The notes beneath the pieces are model-generated. The model was given only the letters and a program-made list of their open reading frames with translations, ran no database searches and was not told where the DNA came from. From the NCBI GenBank assembly GCA_965249725.1, contig OZ252251.1:576001-640000 (forward strand): 64,000 bases of DNA, in the 5' to 3' direction. Source of the stretch: Longimicrobiales bacterium. Lineage in GTDB: Bacteria > Gemmatimonadota > Gemmatimonadetes > Longimicrobiales > Gaopeijiaceae. How positions within the stretch are numbered: position 1 is the stretch's first letter; the number at the start of each line of letters is the position of its first letter. Below, in pieces: positions 28,627 through 37,111 of the stretch. A program made the translations under genes and the position numbers.

Positions 28627-30111
28627 TCAGTTCTGCATCATCTGGCTGGTGCCCCAGAAGATCGGGACGTTCCACGGATTGGAGCTCAACCCCTGGGCAG
28701 CGTTCGCTGCAGCCAGGTTGGTGCTGTTCACCGACTGCTCGCTCGCTGGATACGGCAGCCGTACCGGAATAATGTCGAGGTTCACGTTGTCGGGCCCTGC
28801 GACGAGGTGGGGTACACCCGTCCGTCTCCAGTTGGCCCACGCCTCGGGCCCCTGGTCGTAGAGCGCGAACCACATCTGCATCCCGATCTGCTCGAGCTGA
28901 CTGTCCGTGTCGGCGGCGAAGGCCACCAGGGGCCCCGCCAGATAGGCGTCGATGTCGGCAGAGGAGATCCCGTACGTCTCCATGGACGCCCGGATGCCCG
29001 CCTCGTACAGCGACTGTGCGTCGCCACCGGCGAAGCCTCTCACCGCGGCTTCAGCCTGAAGCAGGACGACCTCCGCATACGACAGGATCCAGGTGGGTGT
29101 AGTGGTCTGTAGGAACCAGTCCCCCACCCGGGACACCACCTCGAACTCGATCCCGTGATCGTCGTCGAGCCCGACCGGCATGCCGTGGTATCCCCCGCCC
29201 ACCCTCGCCTCATCGGCGTAGATGGAGAGCCTGGGATCGTCGTACGCGATCAGGTTGTCGACCATGGTCTCGCTGATCCGGTAGTCGCCCGGGCGGGAGA
29301 TGAAGGCCGGGGCCATCGGATTCTCATTGGGCGGAGCACCGAGCCACTGGAGCGTGGCCTCTTCGGCGCTGCTCTGGAAGACTCCGGCCGCGATGGCGCT
29401 CGACGCCTCCGACGCGCTCTGGATCCGCATGGCCATGCGAAGGCGGAGCGAGTTGGCGAAGAGCCGCCACTTCTCCATGTCGCCTTCGTAGATGAGGTCG
29501 GGGTTTCCGACCGTCCCGCGGAATACGTCCGGGAAGAGGTCGCCCGTTGGCGCGATCTGTGAGCTGGCGGAGGTGAGCTCTGACAGAAGCCCGCTGTAGA
29601 CCGAGCTCGCATCGTCGTATGCCGGTTGGATGTTGCCCGATGCCAGCCCACCCAGTGCCTGCGAGTACGGGATGTCTCCCCACAGGTCCGTCATGTTGTG
29701 GAACATCCACGCCCGCAGGATCCTCCCCACCGCCGTTTGGTTGGCGTTACCCAATTCGCTGGCTTTCTGGACCACTCCGTCGAAGTCCACGAGGGCTCCG
29801 GTGTAGAGACCGGACCAAAGCCCGTTGAAGGAGCTTGAGGTGATCTCGTAGCGATCAGATCCCCCGTACTGGGGCCGGGCGTAGTGCTGGACCCAGACCG
29901 AAGCGGTGCCCCGGTCGAAGCCCGTGCCCAGCAGGTCGCTCACGGCATCCACGATCCCGGCCGGCAAAAGGTACTGCACGCCCACGTCCGTGGGCGCGTT
30001 GGGGTTGGTGTTGATCTGGGTGAAGTCCTCCGTGCAACCGGCTACCCCGAGGCCGATCGCCGTGAGCAATCCGGCCGCGAGGCTCCTGTATGTCGTTCTG
30101 TTCGTTCTCAT
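28627..30111 (-). CDS. susD: SusD/RagB family nutrient-binding outer-membrane lipoprotein
   Basis: Lipobox VAGC; INTNPN, TDLWGDIPYSQA, DLIYEGD..KWRLFANSLRLR, DPRL, WRRTG, RLPYP. An alternative start lies at 30171. Confidence 0.92.
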   Translation of the reverse strand: MRTNRTTYRSLAAGLLTAIGLGVAGCTEDFTQINTNPNAPTDVGVQYLLPAGIVDAVSDLLGTGFDRGTASVWVQHYARPQYGGSDRYEITSSSFNGLWSGLYTGALVDFDGVVQKASELGNANQTAVGRILRAWMFHNMTDLWGDIPYSQALGGLASGNIQPAYDDASSVYSGLLSELTSASSQIAPTGDLFPDVFRGTVGNPDLIYEGDMEKWRLFANSLRLRMAMRIQSASEASSAIAAGVFQSSAEEATLQWLGAPPNENPMAPAFISRPGDYRISETMVDNLIAYDDPRLSIYADEARVGGGYHGMPVGLDDDHGIEFEVVSRVGDWFLQTTTPTWILSYAEVVLLQAEAAVRGFAGGDAQSLYEAGIRASMETYGISSADIDAYLAGPLVAFAADTDSQLEQIGMQMWFALYDQGPEAWANWRRTGVPHLVAGPDNVNLDIIPVRLPYPASEQSVNSTNLAAANAAQGLSSNPWNVPIFWGTSQMMQN

Positions 30112-30181
30112 TTTCAGTCCCCCTCGGGTGTCAGATGTGTTGATCATCGTCTGTGCGTTCTGTCGAGACATATCAATCACC

Positions 30182-33100
30182 TCAGTGCACGACAGAGACG
30201 TTGAACCCGAAGGTTCGGGGCGTGGGGTACTGCTCGTACTCGATTCCTCCCAGGTTCGCCTCGCTGGTGTTGCCGTCGATGAAGGCGGTCTCCGGGTCGA
30301 TGTGGGGGACCTTGGTCCACAGCCACAGGTTGCGGCCCACGATGGTGAAGCGGGCGCTCGACACCGGCAGCTTGTCGAGGTACTGCTGCGGCAGGTCGAA
30401 GCCGATGGCGACCTCACGGAGCTTCGTGAAGTTGTTCTCGAAGAGCCACTCCGTGTCCGCTTGGGTGAGGCGACGGCCGAGCGTGCGCGGCGAGACCCCG
30501 ATCGTGTTCTGCGCCCCGCTCGCCGTGACGCCCGGATAAACGATTCCGGGTCCGTCCGGGGGAGCAAGGGGCCGGCCGGCCGTCTTGTCCGGGTCCCAAT
30601 CCAAGGCGGTCGGGTTCGCGGACTCGAGCAGCACGCCGGTAATGTACCCGAGGCGGCAGCTTCCGCAGTAGATCAGGCCGCCCTGGTGTGTGTCGACCTG
30701 GGCGCTCACCGTGAACGCTCCATAGGTGACGCTGGTCCGTATCCCGCCGATCCAGTCGGGCTGGTAGGTGCCCAGGATCTCCTGATCTGCAGCGCGGACG
30801 GGGAGACCACTGTCGTCCACGACGACCCGGTCGGCCGAGTCCCTCTCCCAAACACCTCCGAAGAAGACTCCGTAGGGATGCCCGGGTCGCGCCTCCACAG
30901 AGCCACCGGCCGTGCCGCCGATGAAGATCGACTCCAGACCCTCAGCGAGCGACACCACCTCGGAGTTGTTTTTGCCGAAGTTCAGCGTCGCGTCCCACGA
31001 GAGGCCGCCGGGCTGGTCGAGCAGCTGGACGTTAAGGAGCGCTTCGATTCCCTTGTTCCGAACCTCGCCGGCGTTCAGGACCTGCCGCGTGAATCCGCTG
31101 GTCTCCGAGACGTCGACGGCGAGGATCTGGTCGCTCGTCGTCGAGTTATAGTAGGTGAGGTCCAGCGACGCGCGGTCGAACCAGAAGCGCAGATCAGCGC
31201 CGATCTCCCAGGACTTGGTCTCCTCGGGTCGGAGATCGGCGTTGGGAATCGTGTTGCTGGTCGTGAAGCCGGGGATGTTCCCCCACTTGTCCACCTCGGA
31301 GAAGACCGACGTGAGCTGATAAGGATCCGCGTCGTTCCCCACCTTCGCCCAGCTTCCCCGGATCTTCCCGTAGGAGAACCAGTCGGAGGTCATGGCCAGG
31401 GCGTCGCTGAAGACGAGGCTCCCCGAGAAGGACGGGTAGAAGTACGTTCGCTCCGCCTCGGGCAGCGTCGAGGACCAGTCGTTTCTGCCCGTGACGTCCA
31501 CGAAAGCCCAGTCCCTGAAGTTGAGGGTGACGAGCCCGTAGAGACTGTTGACCTCCTTGTTCCGGACGATGTTGTTAAGGAGCGGAGGAGCGGCCGAGTT
31601 GCTTACGTTGTAGATGTCCGGCACGTTGAGCTTCCGGCTCCCCGCCTCCTTCAGGTCGAACTCGTTCCTCCGCAGGTTGGCTCCCGCGCTGACGTTCAGC
31701 GAGAAGTCATTCGACAGCTCGCGATTCGCGGTGAGCAGCGCCTCGAAGTTGGTCTCCTGGCTGAAAGCCGAGCTCTCGACGAAGCCGCCCTCGGGCGTGT
31801 CCTGCGAGTAGAACGGATAGACCTCCTTGGTGAGCTGCTCGAACCAGTCCGTCCCGAGGCGCATCCGGGCGTTCAGCCAGTCGGCGAGCTCGTAGTTGGC
31901 GGTCACTGAACCCAGGATGCGGTTGCGCTGGTCGTCGTTGTTTCTGTAGTTCTGCAGCCAGTAGATGTTGTCGTGGTAGTTGTGGTTCCAGTTGGGTGTC
32001 AGGTTACCGGCAGCCGGGTCCCAAAGCCGGTCGGCGCGCTCCAATCGCTTGCCGTCGGCCTGCCTCTGGAACCAGTAGAAGATGTGCATCGCGCTGTATG
32101 AGCCGTTTCCGATGCCCGGCCGGTTGTGTCCTTCGTTCTGGGTGTACTGGATCGAGCCGTCGACGTCGAACCTCGGAGTCACCTGCACGCCGGCGTTCAC
32201 GGCCAACTGCGTGCGCGCCAGCCCGTTGGCGGGAGGCATGCCCGTGGCGTCCAGCCGCAGCGCGGAGAACCGCACGTTGGCGCGGTCGCTTGCATGCGAG
32301 ATCGCAAAGTTCGTCGTGACGTTGTGGCCGGTCTGGAAGTACTCCCGAACGTTCATGGGAGAATTGATCCACGGCTGCGGCAACCCGTTCGACCACCACT
32401 GGGGGTAGAGGCGGCCGTCAAGAGGTGGACCCCAGCTCTCGTCCACGCCGTCGTTCACCCCGCCTCCCCGTCCGTCCACCCAGTCGTAGCCGTTGGGGTG
32501 GTTGCCGCCGCCGTAGATGTTCTGGAAGCGGGGCACCCGGAGCGGCGTCTCGAAGATCACGTTCGTGCTTGCCGTGATGCGCGTGGTACCCAGCGCGTCC
32601 TTGCCGGACTTCGTCACGATCTCCACGACTCCGTTCGAAGCGCGGGACCCGTAGAGCGCGGCCGCATTGGCGCCCCGGAGCACGGTCACCGACTCGATGT
32701 TCGAGGGATCGATGTCCTGGCCCATGTTTCCGTAGTCGATACCGCTGCGGTTTCGGACTGTCGCGCCGCGGGTGCCCCCGCTGGACGCCGTCTCTCGTCG
32801 GCTGTTGTTGATCGGCACGCCGTCCACGACGATGAGCGGCTCGTTGTTTCCGGAGATGGAGCTGACCCCTCGGAGGACCATCTTCGAGGTCCCACCAAGG
32901 ACCGCAGGCGGGGTGACCATCAAGCCGGCCACCTTGCCGGCCAGTTGGCTGACGACGTTCGTGTCGCGTGTCTCATTCAGCTCGCTGCCGTCGACGCCCT
33001 GGACCGAGTAGCCGAGTCCCCGCTGCTCACGGGAGATCCCCAAGGCCGTCACCACCACCCCTTCCAGCTCCAGAGCCCCGATCTCGAGCTGGAAGTCGGC

Positions 33101-33406
33101 CGCCGCCGCCCCACCAGAGGACACCGTGACCTGCTGGTTCTGCGTGACGTATCCCAAGATCTGCGCCCGGACCGTCACCGTTCCGAACGGAACGCCGGAG
33201 ATGAGGAACCGACCGTCCTGGTTGGTCAGCCCCCCGATTCCCTGGCCCACAATGGACACTTGTACGGACTCCAAGGGCGCTTGCGTCGCCACGTCCAGGA
33301 TGCGGCCGGTCACGTTCCCGGTCTGCCCCAGAACCTGCGATGGGGCGGCCATCGTGACCAAGGCCAGGATGAAGAGTGGAATCGTCCAAACACTAAACCG
33401 TTTCAT
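30182..33406 (-). CDS. susC: SusC/RagA family TonB-dependent receptor
   Basis: N-terminal carboxypeptidase-regulatory-like domain; VVTALG, plug DIDPSNIESVTVLRGANAAALYGSRASNG, YFYPS, LRPE, DPE...YP.PRTFG; RBS AAGGAGG. Confidence 0.95.
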   Translation of the reverse strand: MKRFSVWTIPLFILALVTMAAPSQVLGQTGNVTGRILDVATQAPLESVQVSIVGQGIGGLTNQDGRFLISGVPFGTVTVRAQILGYVTQNQQVTVSSGGAAAADFQLEIGALELEGVVVTALGISREQRGLGYSVQGVDGSELNETRDTNVVSQLAGKVAGLMVTPPAVLGGTSKMVLRGVSSISGNNEPLIVVDGVPINNSRRETASSGGTRGATVRNRSGIDYGNMGQDIDPSNIESVTVLRGANAAALYGSRASNGVVEIVTKSGKDALGTTRITASTNVIFETPLRVPRFQNIYGGGNHPNGYDWVDGRGGGVNDGVDESWGPPLDGRLYPQWWSNGLPQPWINSPMNVREYFQTGHNVTTNFAISHASDRANVRFSALRLDATGMPPANGLARTQLAVNAGVQVTPRFDVDGSIQYTQNEGHNRPGIGNGSYSAMHIFYWFQRQADGKRLERADRLWDPAAGNLTPNWNHNYHDNIYWLQNYRNNDDQRNRILGSVTANYELADWLNARMRLGTDWFEQLTKEVYPFYSQDTPEGGFVESSAFSQETNFEALLTANRELSNDFSLNVSAGANLRRNEFDLKEAGSRKLNVPDIYNVSNSAAPPLLNNIVRNKEVNSLYGLVTLNFRDWAFVDVTGRNDWSSTLPEAERTYFYPSFSGSLVFSDALAMTSDWFSYGKIRGSWAKVGNDADPYQLTSVFSEVDKWGNIPGFTTSNTIPNADLRPEETKSWEIGADLRFWFDRASLDLTYYNSTTSDQILAVDVSETSGFTRQVLNAGEVRNKGIEALLNVQLLDQPGGLSWDATLNFGKNNSEVVSLAEGLESIFIGGTAGGSVEARPGHPYGVFFGGVWERDSADRVVVDDSGLPVRAADQEILGTYQPDWIGGIRTSVTYGAFTVSAQVDTHQGGLIYCGSCRLGYITGVLLESANPTALDWDPDKTAGRPLAPPDGPGIVYPGVTASGAQNTIGVSPRTLGRRLTQADTEWLFENNFTKLREVAIGFDLPQQYLDKLPVSSARFTIVGRNLWLWTKVPHIDPETAFIDGNTSEANLGGIEYEQYPTPRTFGFNVSVVH

Positions 33407-33698
33407 ACTTTGCCTCCTTGCGAAGTCATGCCGAACAGTCTTGACGGAATTCTGACGTTCATTACAGGTCATAAGCGGGCTCCTTACCTGGAGGTCGACG
33501 TGGTGCGCACGGAGAGGGAGCTGCTGCGCGTTTCACTGCACTGAGGACCCGTAGTCCTTTTCATCATGCCCTCCCACGGTGCTGCAAGGCCGGCTCTACC
33601 GACGACGAGCCGACGTACGGCCAATCATGCCCGTGACTCCCACGGGTTCAGGCGTCCAGCACCCCTCGAACTCGGGGCCGTTCAATCGCCCCGTCCTC

Positions 33699-34298
33699 CT
33701 AGTTGCCGCCCCAGCGGTAGCCGAATCCCACACTGAAGGCCGAGTCGAATTGGGCTTCGTCCAGGACGGCGTTGTTGTAGGTCCAACTGGTGGCGTCGAC
33801 GAAGACGAAGGCATTGGAGTCGAAGACGTAACGCACGCCGGCTCCCACAACACCGGTGAACTCGGTGACGTCGTAATTGTAGCTCGTCAACTCGCTCTGA
33901 CCGTTACGGTCGACGATGACGAGTCCTCCCCCGGCGTGGATGTACGGCTCGACTTGTCTGCCGGTCGCCAGCAGGATCTCCACACCTCCACCGTAGTACT
34001 GACGGTCCAGGGTCACTTCATCGCTGGAGCCTCCGGTCGCGTCGGTGCCCGACTTGGAGGTGTAGCTGGCGTCCCCCCGGATGGATATGCGCTCGTACAG
34101 CCCTAGCGTAATGCTGCCACCGAAGCGGACGCCCGATCCGTACGACACCGCGCGTTCCGCGTCGAAGTCCGCGGGGTTGTTGATGAGCCCGCCGTGAGCG
34201 GAGAGGGAGATGCTGCTCTGGGCTTCTTGCGCATTCACGGGAAAGGCCGCGATCGCGCTGACAAGTATTGCGAGAAAAAGTCTCCGTACCCCTGCCAT
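33699..34298 (-). CDS. Small outer-membrane beta-barrel protein
   Basis: Signal peptide; alternating strands EPYIHAGGG, GAGVRY, FSVGFGYRW. Confidence 0.8.
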   Translation of the reverse strand: MAGVRRLFLAILVSAIAAFPVNAQEAQSSISLSAHGGLINNPADFDAERAVSYGSGVRFGGSITLGLYERISIRGDASYTSKSGTDATGGSSDEVTLDRQYYGGGVEILLATGRQVEPYIHAGGGLVIVDRNGQSELTSYNYDVTEFTGVVGAGVRYVFDSNAFVFVDATSWTYNNAVLDEAQFDSAFSVGFGYRWGGN

Positions 34299-34487
34299 GG
34301 GGTCCTCCTGTCCCGTTTGGACGTTGGACTGTGGGTCAGCTGGAGGGTCCAGCTGCTCGGACAGACTCATGCGGAATCGACACCGCGCATCACTCATATT
34401 ACTCTGCCTTTGAGAAGTCAATACGTTCAAGCAGACGCGCAGGTTACAAAACCCGCGTGTCCCAACGACTCTGGGCCTACTATCAAT

Positions 34488-35906
34488 CTAGTAGCTACCG
34501 TCCTCCATGGTGGTACGGCGCTGGGAGCCTTCGGGCCCGTTATCCCAGTCCTGCGCGCTCGAGATATTGGGCATGTTCCAGTCGTTCCCGTTCCAGCTCG
34601 GGAAGCCGTCCATCTTGAAGGTGTATAGCCCGCTCACCATGTCGCTGACGACGATCAGACCGTCGGCGTTCCGCACGTCCACACCCCATGCGCCTAAGTT
34701 GACGTTCCCGTGCCCACGGGCCATGTGTGGGCCAGAGTAGGTATCGTAATAGGCGACGGTCCTGGGTTTGAACGGGTCGAACATGTTGAAAACCTGGAGA
34801 CCGTCCTCGTACGCGGACACGAACACGAAGGGCCAGCGCACCTCATGGTTGTGCGAGAGATTCTGATAGTCGGCCGTCCAGGCGCTGATGGCCCGGCTGA
34901 CCACGGGATTCCCGCCTTCGGCCCAGGCTTCGCGGAGGTCGAAGAGCCTCAGCGGCTGCCACTGGCTCTCGATCTCGCCCACGACGAACATACCGTCGGG
35001 GGACGGCGTGAAGGTGTGTCCGCTGCTGACCCCGCGGACACCCGTGATCGACACCAGGAGCTCGGGGTTCGAGGTGTCCGTGACGTCGAACACGAAGTAC
35101 CCGCCCGTCCCGCCGGCCCAGAGCCGATCCTGCTGTGTAGCGGGGTCGAAACCGACGTAGTAGTCGTGCCAGCTGGCACGCCCGCCGCGCAGGGCCCAGA
35201 ACGGCGTCTCGGGCACCGGTACCTGGCCTACGAGCCCGTAGTCGGGATCTCCATCCAGGAACAGACCCAAGTCGTAGATATTCGCGTGCGGCCCGTTCGT
35301 GGTGGTGAAGAGCAGTGGCCGGCCGTCGGAGTGCTTGTAGGTGAAGATGTTGTGGAACCCACCGGGAGTCAGGGGAGCTCTGATCCTGCCCACCTCACGC
35401 ACGGTGGATGCATCGGGCAACCCGGTCACGTCGAAGACCACGGCTCCCAGATCGTTGTTGGGTCCGCCGGCCCCGAACTGCGTCGACTGGACGATGTAGT
35501 AGCGGTCCTCGTGCTTGAAGTACCTTCCGTCGAGCGCCCCCGAACCCTGGTGGAGCTCGGCGTTCTCGATCCGCCAGGAGTAGATCAGCTTAGGATTGGT
35601 CGGGTCTTCGAGGCTGACGATGTCCATACCGGACGGACTGAACCGCTTGGATACGTAAGCGTACGGCCGGTCCAACTCCTGCTCGACCTCGACGTCGGCG
35701 ACGTGGAGGAAACCGCCGAGAGGGATGCTCCCCAGATAGTGCATGTTGGGAGTACCCCGGTCGCCCGGAGGGAGCGGATCTCCCAGGTTCCCGTAGTTAT
35801 ACGGGTGCGGCGAGTCCTGACTCAAAGCACCGGTCGGCAGCACCGAGACGGCGATCCATAGCGCGCCAAGAACGAGTGAAACGTCGGACAAAACGGACCG
35901 TCTCAT
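34488..35906 (-). CDS. Secreted LVIVD/choice-of-anchor-B-like beta-propeller, histidine-rich
   Basis: Repeats IVSLEDPTNP, VFDVTDTSNP, VFNMFDPFKP; HNIF, WHD, GHT, SHNHEV; GAWGVD...SDM..GLY. Confidence 0.75.
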   Translation of the reverse strand: MRRSVLSDVSLVLGALWIAVSVLPTGALSQDSPHPYNYGNLGDPLPPGDRGTPNMHYLGSIPLGGFLHVADVEVEQELDRPYAYVSKRFSPSGMDIVSLEDPTNPKLIYSWRIENAELHQGSGALDGRYFKHEDRYYIVQSTQFGAGGPNNDLGAVVFDVTGLPDASTVREVGRIRAPLTPGGFHNIFTYKHSDGRPLLFTTTNGPHANIYDLGLFLDGDPDYGLVGQVPVPETPFWALRGGRASWHDYYVGFDPATQQDRLWAGGTGGYFVFDVTDTSNPELLVSITGVRGVSSGHTFTPSPDGMFVVGEIESQWQPLRLFDLREAWAEGGNPVVSRAISAWTADYQNLSHNHEVRWPFVFVSAYEDGLQVFNMFDPFKPRTVAYYDTYSGPHMARGHGNVNLGAWGVDVRNADGLIVVSDMVSGLYTFKMDGFPSWNGNDWNMPNISSAQDWDNGPEGSQRRTTMEDGSY

Positions 35907-36394
35907 AAGCCCCTCCTTAATTTTCGTTCGGCCCCGATCCCGTGGGTACGGCATCGCGGCCGATGAAGTCTCGGTCTCAAGCGGACAAGGGCGAATGCAC
36001 GGTTGGGCCCGTGCATGTCTGTCCCCTCTCGGCGCGACGGAGCCGTGAGGACCTCGAACATACGGTGCGGATAGGCTCACGTCCAACCCGTCCTGCCCTC
36101 CCCCCTCGAATCCCCCGTTCTTAACCATATATTTCGACTCTTTATGAGGAGATGTGGTTGCTTCATGCAGTTCGGTTCAGCTCATGCCACCGGTGCTCTC
36201 ATAGACTCAGAGGAGAGGGTGGATCTCGGTCAGGGGGAGCTGTTTCGTAAGGGGAGGGAGGCGAGCCCGCACGGAGGAAGGGAGATCTCGACGGCGTCAG
36301 CGGTGTAGCAGGGATCGAACGTCGTGCTCTGCTCGGACCAACGCTATATTCTAGCCGCGTGTCAGAATAGACCAGGCATTATGCATCAGGAGAT

Positions 36395-37090
36395 GTGCGA
36401 ACAGACATGAAGACCTATATGACTCAAACCGGCACGCTGGCCCTGACGGCGGGCCTCGTCGCTCCGTTCCTTTGGCCGACCCTCGGTCCCACGGCAGAGG
36501 CCGACCATCCGGCAACCGGGACGGTGCAGGGTACCGTGACTTTTGAGACTGTACCGGACGACGAGTTCTTCGAGATGTCGGACGCGGTGATCTACTTGTC
36601 CGGAGAGGGCCTGGCGGGCGCTCCGGCGGCGGCACGCACCCCCGAACAGCTGTTGCTGGACCAGATCGACTACACGTTCGTGCCCAGGGTGATACCGGTC
36701 TTGGCAGGGGACGTAATGTCGTTCCACAACAGTGACGACGAGCTCCACAACATCCATACGTACGCCAAGGGTCGGCGGCGGAATCGTAATTTCAATCGCG
36801 GCCAGCGACCCGGTTCGACGTTCACCGGCGTCTTTGCCAGACCCGACAGCGTTCGGGTGCTTTGCGACATCCACTCGCAGATGATTGCGCACATCCTGGT
36901 GCTCGAGAACGGATTCTTCACCAAGGTGAGCGACGACGGCACCTACTCCATCGGCAACGTGCCTCCGGGCCAATACGAACTCACGGCGTGGAGCGAGTGG
37001 CGCGGCGAGGTGAAGACCACCGTCGAGGTCGGAGACGGCCAGACGGTTACCGCAGACGTGGTCTTGCGGGACGCTGCAGGGGACCGCTAG
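36395..37090 (+). CDS. Exported cupredoxin-like protein with a carboxypeptidase-regulatory-like domain
   Basis: FVPRV, NSDDELHNIH, CDIHSQM (His/Cys/His/Met), VPPGQYELTAW. Confidence 0.8.
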   Translation: MRTDMKTYMTQTGTLALTAGLVAPFLWPTLGPTAEADHPATGTVQGTVTFETVPDDEFFEMSDAVIYLSGEGLAGAPAAARTPEQLLLDQIDYTFVPRVIPVLAGDVMSFHNSDDELHNIHTYAKGRRRNRNFNRGQRPGSTFTGVFARPDSVRVLCDIHSQMIAHILVLENGFFTKVSDDGTYSIGNVPPGQYELTAWSEWRGEVKTTVEVGDGQTVTADVVLRDAAGDR

Positions 37091-37111
37091 GAAACCTGAG
37101 CGAGAGCGCCG

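Noticed and set aside
30172..30567. N-terminal extension of the SusD ORF, or a SusC-SusD frameshift fusion
   Set aside because: It is an off-frame read of the susC 3' end. SusC has a normal C-terminus and SusD has its own RBS and lipobox.
29906..33544. Long antisense ORFs (667 aa, 472 aa and similar ones across the window)
   Set aside because: These are shadow ORFs expected in high-GC DNA opposite clear genes, and they carry no family motifs.
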